Made by a program: the position numbers and the translations under genes. Positions 29,032-39,630 of a stretch of DNA of 64,000 nucleotides are shown piece by piece. The notes under the pieces are model-generated. The model was not told where the DNA came from. It ran no database searches and saw only the letters and a program-made list of their open reading frames with translations. The DNA is from an uncultured bacterium (GTDB taxonomy: Bacteria; Krumholzibacteriota; Krumholzibacteriia; Krumholzibacteriales; Krumholzibacteriaceae): positions 160,001 to 224,000 of the forward strand of contig CAWBAN010000001.1 in assembly GCA_963786935.1 (NCBI GenBank). Direction: 5' to 3'. How positions within the stretch are numbered: position 1 is the first letter of the stretch; the number at the start of each line of letters is the position of its first letter.

Positions 29032-29222
29032 AAGAATCCTCAATAATAGGAGCAATTACCTATTGTTTTAAGCGTAATCGACGAATGCCAAGGTGCACGG
29101 CTTTAAAGGGGCCGAGAGTCCCAGAGAGAAGGAGGTCGCCAGCGAAGGCAAAAGTTACAGGAATCAGGTCCGCGGTGCTGAATGCAATCCAAGAAGTGCG
29201 ATCGAAGATCTGGAGGGGAAAC

Positions 29223-29927
29223 ATGAGAATTCTGAGAACAACGTTCATTGCGGCTATGATCCTGCTCGTCTCGGCCAACATCTGGGCCGATTGCCCGATT
29301 CACCCGAATCCCGGAATCTACCGGACGGCGAACGGTTCGATCCTCCCCGGACGCGTGTCCGAGGCATGGTGCACGATCGCCAGTCCGGGCGTTCCGGGCA
29401 ATACCGAGGACGCGCAGTCGTGGAACGGCGCCGCTCTCGGTGCGCAGTGGCGCGTGTGGGGACAGTCGATCGGTCCGCTCGGCGCGCAGGAAACGGCGCG
29501 CGACGTCGACGTCTACGGCAACGGCTGGATCGACTACGTGACGAACTATATCGGTGGGCAGTTCTGGCTGTCCAAGTTCCACACGTGGAGCGACGGCGTC
29601 AACGACCTGACGGGAACGATCACGTACTTCAACGTCGGCGTGCGCGTCACGCTCATGGGCGGGCAGATCGTCGGCGCGACCTCGAACGTCCTGCTGCAGG
29701 GCTACTTCGACGATTGCCCCGTCTGCACGCTCGAGTACGTCATCACGAACGCGATGCTCGCCTGGATGCCCGGTTGGCCCGATATGCCGGCGAACTATCC
29801 GGCGTTTCAGTGCAGCGCGAACATGGGCGAGCTCTTCGACGTCTGCTGCATCCGCGCCAGCATCTACTGCCCGGTGGGGACCGAGGAATCGACCTGGGGA
29901 GCGATCAAGAGCCTTTATAACGAGTAG
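29223..29927 (+). CDS. Secreted Cys-rich hypothetical protein with C-terminal GTEESTWGAIKSLYNE tail
   Basis: GGAGG RBS, signal peptide MRILRTTFIAAMILLVSANIWA, 8 Cys, terminator downstream. Confidence 0.85.
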   Translation: MRILRTTFIAAMILLVSANIWADCPIHPNPGIYRTANGSILPGRVSEAWCTIASPGVPGNTEDAQSWNGAALGAQWRVWGQSIGPLGAQETARDVDVYGNGWIDYVTNYIGGQFWLSKFHTWSDGVNDLTGTITYFNVGVRVTLMGGQIVGATSNVLLQGYFDDCPVCTLEYVITNAMLAWMPGWPDMPANYPAFQCSANMGELFDVCCIRASIYCPVGTEESTWGAIKSLYNE

Positions 29928-29961
29928 GTTTCCCGGAAGGCGGACGCCACGGGAAGCATCG

Positions 29962-29996
29962 AGGGGCCGGCGGAATCCGCCGGCCCCTTTTCTTTT
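29962..29996 (+). terminator. Rho-independent terminator
   Basis: AGGGGCCGGCGG-AAT-CCGCCGGCCCCT followed by TTTCTTTT. Confidence 0.85.
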
Positions 29997-30148
29997 CCCG
30001 CGCCGGCGGATCGCCGCGCGCGATGTCGTTCCATGCCCCGGGGGGCCCCGCCACAACGAGGTTGCTTTCGAAGGGCCTGTTTGCTAACTTAAAATGTCTT
30101 TTCCCGTTGCCCTTTCTCCTCTCTTTTTCAAGGAGGATTTTCGTACGT

Positions 30149-33100
30149 ATGTGCACGAAGCGCCTGTACCGGGTCATGACCGCGGCGGCTGTGCTCGCGG
30201 CTCTTATCGCGGCCGCGGTTCCGTCCTTCGCGGGTGAGAACGAGGACCTGAACTTCGCGAAGAAGCTGCGCCGCGACGGAATGTACGTGGCGGCCGCCGA
30301 GGAGTTCATCCGTTTCACGGAGAAGTACCCCCAGAGCGTGTTCCGGCCCGAAGCGCTCTTCACCGCGGGGGAATCCTATCTGCAGGCGGTCAAGGCGAAC
30401 GACGCGCTCGCCACCTATGAGAAATTCATCGAGACCTATCCGAAGGACGAGCGGGCGTGCCTCGCCCGGCTCCAGCGCGGCAGGATCTTCAAGGCGCTCA
30501 AACGGTACAAGGAAGGCGCCGACGAGCTGCTCCTGATCCCCGACGAGAGCCCGGCCTGTCCGGTCGTCGATCAGGCGCTCCTCGACGCGGCCGATTGCCT
30601 CCTGTCGATGGGGGACGCCGAAGGCGCCGCGCGCGTGCTGCGCCGGCTCATCAACGACCGGAAGGATTCGTCGCTCGCTCCCCGCGCGCGCTACATGCTC
30701 GCGCTCGCGCTCATCAACACGGGGCGCGACATGGAGGCGGATCAGGTCTTCGCCGACATCGCGAAGCTCTATCCCTCGTCGCCGGTCCGGGCGCTCGCCC
30801 TCGTGAAACTCGGGGAGCGCGCGCTCGCGAAGGGCGATTACGCGAAGGCGGAGAGCTACTATCGCACGGTCGAGAAGGACTTCAAGGAAGATCCGCTGTC
30901 CGAGCAGGCCGTGCTCGGCCTCATCTCCCTTCACGCGAAACGGGGGGACGCCGAGGGCGTCCTGCGCGAGTCCGAGCGGTTCCTCGAGAAATATCCCGCG
31001 TCCGACAAGCGGACGCTCGTCATGCGGAGCGCGATCGACGCCGCGCTGAAATTGAAGCGGGCGGACAAGGCGCTCGCGCTCGCGAATTCGCTCAAGTCGG
31101 GCGCGGCCCCGAGCGACAGCACCGGGGAGATCTCGCTCCTCACGGCCCGTGCGCTCATGGGGGCGCGGAAGACGAGCGAGGCGATCGTCGAGCTCGAGGC
31201 GATGCGCCGCGCGCACCCGACGTCGCCGTACCTCAAGGAAGCGATCGTGCTCGAGGCCGAGCTGCGCGATCAGGCGGGCTCGCCGCTCGAGGCGGCGCGC
31301 CTCTACAACGTCGCGCTCATGGGGAATCCCGACCGCGAGGAGCGTCTCAGGCTCAACGCGCGCCTCGCCGAGCTCTCCGCCGCGCGCCTCGCCGATACGC
31401 TGTCGGCGATACGCTACTGGCAGCTCGTCGCCGACGAGGACGCCGACGGGAGCGCCGCGGAGGAGGCCATCTTCCGCGAGAGCGATCTCAAGGAAAAGAT
31501 CGGGGACGCCGGCGGCGCGTCACGCGGATTCGAGGAGATCGTTTCGCGGTTTCCCGAGGGAGCGTACGCCGCGCAGGCGCGCGACCGGCTCGTCGGCCTG
31601 TCCGTGAGACCGCTGTGGAACGTGAATACGGGGAGGCGCCTCGCGCGGATCGCCGCCTGGGAGGCGGGCCCGGCGCAGCGCGCGCTCGAGACGGGCGTGC
31701 TCCTCGTGGACGGGGCGCGGGACGCGGAGGCCGCCGTGACGGCGCTCGACGCGGCGCTCGCGAAGGAGCTGCCCGATTCGCTCCGCGCGAAGGGGAGCTT
31801 CTATCTCGGGAAGGCGCGGCTCATGCGGGCCGACGCGGCGAAGGCGCGCGGGGCGGAGTCGGCCGCCGAGCGCGCGCGCGGGCTCGAAACGTTGAAAAAC
31901 ACGTCCGAGCGGTACGCGACCACCGTCTGGGGGGATCGCGCGTCGCGGGAATATATCGAACGGCAGGAGGGCGAGTGGAGCCTCCCGGAGCGGCTCGGCA
32001 GAATCGAAAGCTACCTGGCCGCCTATGGCCGCGGATCGGGACGCTGGTGGGGGCTCACGAAGCGCGCGCAGTACCTCTCGGAGCGCGCGGCGCAGGGGGA
32101 TACGGTCGCCGCGAACGCGGCGCTCGCCGCGGCGAACGAGGTGCTCGCCTCGAGCGCCCCGGCCGGCGAGAAGACGGAAGCGATGCTCGTCGGCGCCTCG
32201 CTCATGCGGGCGAAGGGCAATCACGCAGGCGCCGCGCGGGGCTACGAGGCGTTCATCGCGGCGCACCCCGACGATCCGCGGGTCACGGGCGCCCTCTACG
32301 AGCTCGGCGAAGCGCTGCTCGCGGCGAAGGATTACGCCGGCGCCGCCGCCGCGTACGACCGGTGCGTCGCCCGGGCGCCGGGCAGGGCGATCGCGGAAAA
32401 ATGCGTGATCAGGAAAGGCGACTGTCTCTACAACCGCGGCTCGTTCGCGGAGGCCGCGGACGTGTACGCGGGATTCGCCGCGGCGTATCCGTCGAGCGAG
32501 CTCGCCGGCGAGGCGATGTACCGCGAGGCGCTCGCGCGCGAGAAGACGGGGGATACGAGGCGGGCGAACGAGCTGTTCGAGGCGCTCCTGGCGAAGGAAG
32601 GAGTCTCGCGCGCGGCCCGGATGCGCACGCTCGCGTGGCTCGGCGGGCGGTACCTCGAGAACCGGCAGTACGACCAGGCGCGGCCGCTGCTCGTCGAGCT
32701 CGCCGCCGGGGAGCGCACCGCGGCGAATCTGACGATGGCCGGCGAGGCGGAGCTCGGCGCCGGCGACTACAACGGCGCCGTGAAGAGCTTCACCGACGCG
32801 CTCGGGATCCGGGGCGCCGACACCTGCCGCGCCGTCGCGGGCAGGGCAAAGGCATACATGCGGCTCAAGCAGACCGACGCATACGAACGCGATACGGCCG
32901 CGCTCGCCTCCCGCTGCTCGTCGTGGAAGGGGCTCGGGGGCGTTCTCCTCGAGAAGGGGAAAATCGAGGCCGAAGAGGATCGCTGCCCGGAGGCGTCGCG
33001 GACCCTCGACGAGCTCCAGAAGAGATTCGCGGGCACGGAGGAGGGGTCCGAAGCGCTCTTCTACCTCGCGCTCTGCGACCTGAAGCGCGGGGGATACCGC

Positions 33101-33796
33101 GAGGCCGCCGAGAAGCTCGAATCGTTCGTCGCCTCCGCGCCGCGGTCGGCCATTCTCCCGCAGGCGTATTTCAAGCTCGCCTCCTCGCACTACGGGGCGG
33201 GGAACCTCAACCTCGCGGCGAAGTACTACGCGCTCGCCGCGGAGTCGTCGAAGGAGAGCGAGCTCGCGTTCACGGCGTGGAAGAATCTCGGCAGCGTCCA
33301 GCAGCAGCTCGAGCAGTGGAACGACGCCGCGGCGACGTGGCAGAAGCTCGTCGAGACCTTCCCCGAGCGGGACGGGATCGTCGAGGTCCTCTTCGATCTC
33401 GGATTCTGCTACAACCAGGCGGGGAAGAACGAGCTCGCCTACGACGTGTACTCCCGGATTCCGGACGTCTCGACGAGCGAGGAGCAGCAGGGGCGCGCCC
33501 ATTACTGGGCCGGGATGAGCCTCAAGAACATGGGACGCTACGACGACGCGATCCGCGAGTTTCTCCGGGTGCCCTACCTCAAGACGGGCGGCATGTGGGG
33601 CGTGACGTCGAAGCTCGAGGCCGCCGCGTGCTGCGAGGCCAAGGGGGATCTCGCGCAGGCGAAGACGATCTACGAGAGCGTGCTCGCCGCGCACGGCCCC
33701 GCCTCGGACTGGGGACGCGTCTCCGCGGACGGGCTCAAGCGCATCGCGGAGCGGGAAGCGGCGGGGGCCGGAAAGACGCAGGACAGGAAAGAGTAG
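30149..33796 (+). CDS. Large exported tetratricopeptide-repeat protein
   Basis: AAGGAGG RBS, signal peptide, many TPR units with F...YP.S...A.Y..G pattern. Confidence 0.85.
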   Translation: MCTKRLYRVMTAAAVLAALIAAAVPSFAGENEDLNFAKKLRRDGMYVAAAEEFIRFTEKYPQSVFRPEALFTAGESYLQAVKANDALATYEKFIETYPKDERACLARLQRGRIFKALKRYKEGADELLLIPDESPACPVVDQALLDAADCLLSMGDAEGAARVLRRLINDRKDSSLAPRARYMLALALINTGRDMEADQVFADIAKLYPSSPVRALALVKLGERALAKGDYAKAESYYRTVEKDFKEDPLSEQAVLGLISLHAKRGDAEGVLRESERFLEKYPASDKRTLVMRSAIDAALKLKRADKALALANSLKSGAAPSDSTGEISLLTARALMGARKTSEAIVELEAMRRAHPTSPYLKEAIVLEAELRDQAGSPLEAARLYNVALMGNPDREERLRLNARLAELSAARLADTLSAIRYWQLVADEDADGSAAEEAIFRESDLKEKIGDAGGASRGFEEIVSRFPEGAYAAQARDRLVGLSVRPLWNVNTGRRLARIAAWEAGPAQRALETGVLLVDGARDAEAAVTALDAALAKELPDSLRAKGSFYLGKARLMRADAAKARGAESAAERARGLETLKNTSERYATTVWGDRASREYIERQEGEWSLPERLGRIESYLAAYGRGSGRWWGLTKRAQYLSERAAQGDTVAANAALAAANEVLASSAPAGEKTEAMLVGASLMRAKGNHAGAARGYEAFIAAHPDDPRVTGALYELGEALLAAKDYAGAAAAYDRCVARAPGRAIAEKCVIRKGDCLYNRGSFAEAADVYAGFAAAYPSSELAGEAMYREALAREKTGDTRRANELFEALLAKEGVSRAARMRTLAWLGGRYLENRQYDQARPLLVELAAGERTAANLTMAGEAELGAGDYNGAVKSFTDALGIRGADTCRAVAGRAKAYMRLKQTDAYERDTAALASRCSSWKGLGGVLLEKGKIEAEEDRCPEASRTLDELQKRFAGTEEGSEALFYLALCDLKRGGYREAAEKLESFVASAPRSAILPQAYFKLASSHYGAGNLNLAAKYYALAAESSKESELAFTAWKNLGSVQQQLEQWNDAAATWQKLVETFPERDGIVEVLFDLGFCYNQAGKNELAYDVYSRIPDVSTSEEQQGRAHYWAGMSLKNMGRYDDAIREFLRVPYLKTGGMWGVTSKLEAAACCEAKGDLAQAKTIYESVLAAHGPASDWGRVSADGLKRIAEREAAGAGKTQDRKE

Positions 33797-33803
33797 GAGC
33801 GGG

Positions 33804-36626
33804 ATGGCTCGCGAGAATCTGGTCGTGCGCGGCGCGCGCGAGCACAACCTCAAGAACATCACCGTCACGATCCCGCGGAACAGGTTCGTCGTCATCACGG
33901 GATTGAGCGGCTCGGGCAAATCATCGCTCGCCTTCGACACGATCTACGCCGAGGGGCAGCGTCGCTACGTCGAGTCGCTGTCGAGCTACGCGCGGCAGTT
34001 CCTCGAGCAGATGGAGAAGCCCGACGTCGACAGCATCGAGGGGCTCTCCCCGGCGATCTCGATCGACCAGAAGACGTCCTCGCGGAATCCGCGGTCGACG
34101 GTCGGCACGATCACCGAAATACACGACTACCTCCGCGTGCTCTTCGCGCGCGCCGGCGAGCCCCGGTGCCCCGGCTGCGGCCGGCCCATCGCGCGCCAGA
34201 CGGTCGCGCAGATCGTCGACCGGCTGCGGGGGGCGGCGGACGGGACGAGGCTCGAGATCCTGGCGCCGGTCGTGCGGGGGCGCAAGGGGGAGCACCGCGC
34301 GCTGCTGGCGAAGCTCATGCGCGAAGGATTCACCCGCGTGCGCGTCGACGGCGCGGTCCGCGAGCTCGAGCAGGGGCTCGCGCTCGAAAAGACGAAGAAA
34401 CACACGGTCGAGGTCATCGTCGACCGGCTCAAGGTGAAGGCGGGCGTCGAGCGGCGGCTCGCCGATTCGGTCGAGACGGCCTCCGCGGTCGGCGGCGGCG
34501 TCGTGCTCGTGCTACGCGACGGCGAGGAGTCGCTCTTCAGCCTCGAGTACTCCTGCCCGTACTGCGGGAGGAGCCTCGGCGAGGTCAGCCCGCGCATGTT
34601 TTCCTTCAACTCGCCGTACGGCGCCTGCGAGCTCTGTCACGGTCTCGGCACGCAGATCGATTTCGCGCGCGAGCTCGTCGTCCCCGATCCGTCGCTCGGC
34701 ATCGCCGGCGGCGCGCTCGCGCCGGTCGGCCCGCTCAAGGGAAACTGGTTCCGGTACCGTCTCGAAGCGCTCGCCGAGAAATTCGGCTTCTCGCTCGAGG
34801 CGCCCTTCGGATCGCTCCCGCAGCGGACGCAGACGATCGTCCTCGACGGAAGCGACGAGGAGATCGTGGTCCGGTACGACTTCGAGCGGGGGCGGGGGGA
34901 GTACGTCACCGCGTGGGAGGGAGTCGTTCCGAACCTGCGCCGCCGGTACCATCAGACGAAATCTGAGGCGATCCGCCGCTGGATCGAGACCTTCATGACG
35001 TCGCACCCGTGTCCGTCGTGCGGCGGCTCGCGGCTCAAGCCCGAGAGCCTTGCCGTGACGGTGGCGGGGAAGAACATCGCCGAGGTTTCGGCGATGACGA
35101 TCGAGCGCGCGATCGAGTTCTTCGCCGGCCTCGCTCTCGCGGGGAACAGCGCCGTCATCGGGGCGCCGCTCGTCAAGGAGATCTCGTCGCGGCTCAGCTT
35201 CCTCGCGAACGTCGGGCTCACGTACGTCACGCTCGACCGGTCGGCGGGAACGCTCGCGGGGGGGGAGGCGCAGCGGATACGGCTCGCCACGCAGATCGGC
35301 TCGAAGCTCGTCGGCGTGCTCTACATCCTCGACGAGCCGTCGATCGGGCTCCACCACCGGGACAACGCGCGGCTCATCGCGACGCTGAAGGATCTCCGGG
35401 ACGCGGGGAACACCGTCATCGTCATCGAGCACGACCGCGACACGATCCTGTCCTCGGACTACGTGATCGATCTCGGGCCGGGCGCGGGGGAGCGCGGCGG
35501 CGAGGTCGTCGTCGAGGGGACCCCGGCGGAAATCACGGAATCGCCGGCGAGCCTCACGGGGCGCTACCTCAAGGAGGAGAGCCGGTTCGTCCTCAAGAGC
35601 GGCGAGGGACGGGGAACGGGAGCGGCGATCGTCGTGCGCGGCGCCCGCGCGAACAACCTGAAGGACATCGACGTCTCGATCCCGCTCGGCAAGCTCGTCG
35701 TCGTGACCGGCGTGTCGGGATCGGGGAAGAGCACGCTCGTCAACGATATCCTCTACCGCGCGCTCGGGAGGCACTTCTACCGGACGCCGGAGCTCCCCGG
35801 CGCGCACGACCGCATCGAGGGATTCGATCGCATCGACAAGGTGATCGACATCGATCAGTCGCCGATCGGGCGCACGCCGCGCTCGAATCCCGCGACGTAC
35901 ACCGGCGTGTTCGGGCCGATCCGCGATCTCTTCACGCGGCTGCCCGACGCGCGGATGCGCGGCTACAAGCCGGGGCGCTTCAGCTTCAACGTGAAGGGCG
36001 GGCGCTGCGAGAACTGCCGCGGCGACGGCATGATCAAGGTCGAGATGCATTTTCTCCCCGACGTCTACGTGCACTGCCAGGAATGCAAGGGGAAGCGGTA
36101 CAACCGCGAGACGCTCGAGATCGCCTTCAAGAACCGGAACATCGCCGAGGTCCTCGACATGACGGTCGAGGAGGCGTGCGGGTTCTTCACGAATATCCCG
36201 CAGATCGCCCGCAAGCTCGAGGTGCTGCGGAGCGTCGGTCTCGGCTACATCCGCCTCGGGCAATCCGCGACGACCCTCTCGGGAGGAGAGGCGCAGCGCG
36301 TGAAGCTCGCCGCCGAGCTCTCGAAGGTCGGGACGGGGAAGACCCTCTACATCCTCGACGAGCCGAGCACGGGGCTCCACTTCGAGGATGTGAAGCTGCT
36401 CATGCGCGTCCTCGACGAGCTCGTCGAGCGCGGCAACACGGTGCTGATCATCGAGCACAATCCGGAGATCATCAGGCTTGCCGATCACATTATCGACCTC
36501 GGCCCCGAGGGAGGGGACCGCGGCGGCGAGGTCGTGTTCGCGGGGGCGCCCGCCGACATCGTCGGCTGCGCGCGGTCGCACACCGGGCGCATGCTCGCCG
36601 CGCTCGCCGCGCCGGGCCCCGCGTGA
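33804..36626 (+). CDS. uvrA: Excinuclease ABC subunit A
   Basis: [31 protein letters not shown], two ABC domains, Zn fingers, [12 protein letters not shown]. Confidence 0.99.
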   Translation: MARENLVVRGAREHNLKNITVTIPRNRFVVITGLSGSGKSSLAFDTIYAEGQRRYVESLSSYARQFLEQMEKPDVDSIEGLSPAISIDQKTSSRNPRSTVGTITEIHDYLRVLFARAGEPRCPGCGRPIARQTVAQIVDRLRGAADGTRLEILAPVVRGRKGEHRALLAKLMREGFTRVRVDGAVRELEQGLALEKTKKHTVEVIVDRLKVKAGVERRLADSVETASAVGGGVVLVLRDGEESLFSLEYSCPYCGRSLGEVSPRMFSFNSPYGACELCHGLGTQIDFARELVVPDPSLGIAGGALAPVGPLKGNWFRYRLEALAEKFGFSLEAPFGSLPQRTQTIVLDGSDEEIVVRYDFERGRGEYVTAWEGVVPNLRRRYHQTKSEAIRRWIETFMTSHPCPSCGGSRLKPESLAVTVAGKNIAEVSAMTIERAIEFFAGLALAGNSAVIGAPLVKEISSRLSFLANVGLTYVTLDRSAGTLAGGEAQRIRLATQIGSKLVGVLYILDEPSIGLHHRDNARLIATLKDLRDAGNTVIVIEHDRDTILSSDYVIDLGPGAGERGGEVVVEGTPAEITESPASLTGRYLKEESRFVLKSGEGRGTGAAIVVRGARANNLKDIDVSIPLGKLVVVTGVSGSGKSTLVNDILYRALGRHFYRTPELPGAHDRIEGFDRIDKVIDIDQSPIGRTPRSNPATYTGVFGPIRDLFTRLPDARMRGYKPGRFSFNVKGGRCENCRGDGMIKVEMHFLPDVYVHCQECKGKRYNRETLEIAFKNRNIAEVLDMTVEEACGFFTNIPQIARKLEVLRSVGLGYIRLGQSATTLSGGEAQRVKLAAELSKVGTGKTLYILDEPSTGLHFEDVKLLMRVLDELVERGNTVLIIEHNPEIIRLADHIIDLGPEGGDRGGEVVFAGAPADIVGCARSHTGRMLAALAAPGPA

Positions 36627-36720
36627 GGCGCCGGAGGCGCCGGCGAGAAAAAAGCTTTCAAAAGGCGCTCCGAAATGCTATGAAACGAGCCTGGGAACGA
36701 GGCATTGAAAGAGGGTGCAC

Positions 36721-37830
36721 ATGGAGAAGAAGACGCCGTTATACGACGCGCACGTCCGGGCGGGCGGCAGAATAGTTCCGTTCGCCGGATTCCTGATGCC
36801 CGTATCGTTCGAGGGGATCGTCGCCGAGCACGCGAGGGTTCGCACGGCGGTCGGCCTCTTCGACGTGAGCCACATGGGGGAGATATCGATCGCCGGTCCC
36901 GGCGCGGTCGCGTTCGCCGACCGCGTCGTGACGAACAGCGTGGCGAAGCTCGCCGCGGGACAGATCTGCTACACGGTCGCCTGCAACGAGCGGGGCACGG
37001 TGCTCGACGATCTCCTCGTCTACAAGTTTTCCGACGATCGGATACTCCTCGTCGTGAACGCGGTGAACGTGGACAAGATATTCCGGCACGTGAAGAGCCT
37101 CGAGGCGCCCGGCCTCGAGATCCGCGATCTCACCGCGGGCATCGGGCAGATCGCCGTCCAGGGGCCGCGCTCCCGCGAGCTCCTCATGCGGACGGAGTTC
37201 TGCGCGAGCGTGCGGGAGGCGATCGCCGACATGAAGTACTACCGGTTCATCTCGTACACGCTGCGGGGGGAAGAGATCATTCTCTCGCGCACGGGATACA
37301 CGGGGGAGCACGGCTACGAGATCTACCTGCCGGCGGGGAGCGCGAGCGGCGTGTGGGAGGAACTGCTGGCGGTCGGGAAGGATCTCGGCGTCGGGCCGAT
37401 CGGTCTCGGCGCGCGCGACACGCTGCGCTTCGAGCCGTGCCTGTGCCTCTACGGGCACGAGCTCGACGAGGAGACCTCGCCGCTCGAGGCGGGACTCTCG
37501 TGGCTCGTGAAATTCGGAAAGGATCATTTCCTCGGGCGGAGCGCCCTGCTCGCGGAGAAGGAGCGCGGTCCCGCGCGGAAGCTCATGGGCCTCGAGCTCT
37601 CCGGGAAGCAGATCGCGCGGCAGGGATTCTCCGTTCTCCAGAACGGAACGAAGATCGGGAAGGTGACCTCGGGCACGTTCGCGCCGACCCTCGGGAAGAG
37701 CCTCGCGCTGGCGCTCGTCTCGAGCGCGGCGAAGACCGAGCTCGGCGGATTCTCGATCGACGTGCGGGGCAAGGCCGCCGGGGCGGCGGCGACGGCGATA
37801 CCGTTTTACAAAAGTCGAGCGACGGACTGA
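36721..37830 (+). CDS. gcvT: Glycine cleavage system aminomethyltransferase T
   Basis: KTPLYD, LFDVSHMGEI, SRTGYTGEHGYEI, GLGARDTLRFE. Confidence 0.98.
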   Translation: MEKKTPLYDAHVRAGGRIVPFAGFLMPVSFEGIVAEHARVRTAVGLFDVSHMGEISIAGPGAVAFADRVVTNSVAKLAAGQICYTVACNERGTVLDDLLVYKFSDDRILLVVNAVNVDKIFRHVKSLEAPGLEIRDLTAGIGQIAVQGPRSRELLMRTEFCASVREAIADMKYYRFISYTLRGEEIILSRTGYTGEHGYEIYLPAGSASGVWEELLAVGKDLGVGPIGLGARDTLRFEPCLCLYGHELDEETSPLEAGLSWLVKFGKDHFLGRSALLAEKERGPARKLMGLELSGKQIARQGFSVLQNGTKIGKVTSGTFAPTLGKSLALALVSSAAKTELGGFSIDVRGKAAGAAATAIPFYKSRATD

Positions 37831-37857
37831 GGCGGCCAGCTGAAAGGACGGTGGGCG

Positions 37858-38274
37858 ATGAACCCGGAAGAATGCAAATTCACCAAAGAGCACGAGTGGA
37901 TCTATATCGAGGACGGCGACACGGTGATCATGGGAATCAGCGACTACGCCGCGGGCGAGCTGGGCGACATCGTGTACATCGAGCTTCCCGAGGCGGGGCA
38001 GAAGGTCACGCAGATGGACCCCATCGGGACCATCGAAGCGGTGAAGACCGTCGCCGATCTCTATTCGCCCGTGAGCGGCGAGGTGCTCGAGGTCAACGAG
38101 AAGGCCGTCGCGAAGCCCGAGATCGTGAACAAAAGCCCCTACGACCAGGGCTGGTTCCTCAAGATCAGAATGGACGACCCCGGGGATCTCGAGGTGCTGT
38201 TCAGCTACGACGAGTACCGGGATTTCCTCGGTGAATCGGGTGCCGGAAAAGAGGACGAAGCAGAGGACAGGTAA
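37858..38274 (+). CDS. gcvH: Glycine cleavage system H protein
   Basis: HEW, GISDYA..LGDIVY, IEAVK (lipoyl Lys), VNKSPYDQGW. Confidence 0.98.
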   Translation: MNPEECKFTKEHEWIYIEDGDTVIMGISDYAAGELGDIVYIELPEAGQKVTQMDPIGTIEAVKTVADLYSPVSGEVLEVNEKAVAKPEIVNKSPYDQGWFLKIRMDDPGDLEVLFSYDEYRDFLGESGAGKEDEAEDR

Positions 38275-39630
38275 ATGAGCTACATTCAAAACACAGACGC
38301 CGATCGAAAGGAAATGCTCGAACGGATCGGGGTTTCGTCGTTCGACGAGATCCTCGCGCCGATCCCGGAGCGGCTCCGGTTCAAGGGAACGCTGCGGCTC
38401 GACGAACCGCTCGCCGAAGCGGAGGTGACCGCACATCTCGGCGCGCTCGCCGGCAAGAACCGCCCGGCCTCGCGGGCCGTGAGCTTCCTCGGGGGAGGGA
38501 TCTACGACCGCCACATCCCCGCGCTCGTGCGCTACGTGACCTCCCGCAGCGAGTTCTACACGTCCTACACGCCGTACCAGGCCGAGGTCAGCCAGGGGAC
38601 GCTCCAGGCGATCTACGAATATCAGAGCCTCATCTGCCGGGTCACGGGCATGGACGTATCGAACGCCTCCATGTACGACGGCGCGACCGCGCTCGCCGAG
38701 GCCGCCCTCATGGCGAGCGCCATCGCCCGCGGCGGCACGGTGCTCGTGCCCCGCGCGCTTTCCCCCGCCTACCGCGCCGTGCTCGATACCTACGCGGCCG
38801 CGCGGGAAATCCGGCTCGAGGAGATTCCGTATGCGAAGGACGGCCGCCTCGATCTCGACCGCGTTTCGTCCGCCCTCAAGGAAAAAACCGCCGCCGTCAT
38901 TCTCGCGCAGCCGAACTACTTCGGGCTCGTCGAGCCGGCGTCCGAGCTCTCCGCGCTCGCGCACGGCGCCGGCGCGCTCCTCATCGCCTGCGTCGATCCC
39001 GTCTCGTGCGCCGTTCTCGCGCCTCCGGGGGAGTACGGCGCCGACATCGCGGTCGGCGAGGGGCAGTCGCTCGGCCTTCCCCAGAGCTACGGCGGGCCGC
39101 TCCTCGGCTTCATGGCCGTGCGGTCCGAGCACGTGCGCCGCATGCCGGGCCGCCTCATCAGCGGAACGACCGATCTCGACGGAAAACGCGGCTACGTGAT
39201 GACGCTCCAGACCCGCGAGCAGCACATACGCCGCGAGAAGGCCACCTCGAACATCTGCTCGAACGAAGCGCTCTGCGCGCTCTCGGCCGCGGTGTATCTC
39301 ACCGCGCTCGGCGAGCAGGGGTTCCGGGAGGTCGCCGCGCAAAGCTACGCGAAGAGCCATGCGCTCTATTCGATGCTCGCCGCGACGAAGGGGTGCGAGT
39401 TCCCGTTCGGCGCCGGATTCTTCCAGGAGTTCGTGCTCAAGCTCCCGACGGGAGCGGGCGGATTCCTGAAGACGGCGCGCGCCGCCGGCGTACTCGGGGG
39501 AATTCCCCTCGGCGCCGCGTTCCCCGAGCTCGGTGAGCGGGCCGTCCTCGTCGCCGTTACGGAGAAACGCACGAAGGAGGAGCTCGAGCTCTATCGGGAC
39601 CTCGTCGCGGGAAAGGGGGTGGGACGATGA
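38275..39630 (+). CDS. gcvPA: Glycine dehydrogenase subunit 1
   Basis: YTPYQAEVSQG, NASMYDGA, LQTREQHIRREKATSNICSN. Confidence 0.98.
   Translation: MSYIQNTDADRKEMLERIGVSSFDEILAPIPERLRFKGTLRLDEPLAEAEVTAHLGALAGKNRPASRAVSFLGGGIYDRHIPALVRYVTSRSEFYTSYTPYQAEVSQGTLQAIYEYQSLICRVTGMDVSNASMYDGATALAEAALMASAIARGGTVLVPRALSPAYRAVLDTYAAAREIRLEEIPYAKDGRLDLDRVSSALKEKTAAVILAQPNYFGLVEPASELSALAHGAGALLIACVDPVSCAVLAPPGEYGADIAVGEGQSLGLPQSYGGPLLGFMAVRSEHVRRMPGRLISGTTDLDGKRGYVMTLQTREQHIRREKATSNICSNEALCALSAAVYLTALGEQGFREVAAQSYAKSHALYSMLAATKGCEFPFGAGFFQEFVLKLPTGAGGFLKTARAAGVLGGIPLGAAFPELGERAVLVAVTEKRTKEELELYRDLVAGKGVGR

Noticed and set aside
29095..29185. Resemblance to glycine or c-di-GMP riboswitch (GAAGGCAAAAG, TCAGG)
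   Set aside because: Fragments only; the required paired stems could not be built
36627..36720. Possible glycine riboswitch upstream of gcvT
   Set aside because: Gap is only ~95 nt and lacks the GGAGA...GAAGG...CTCAGG core
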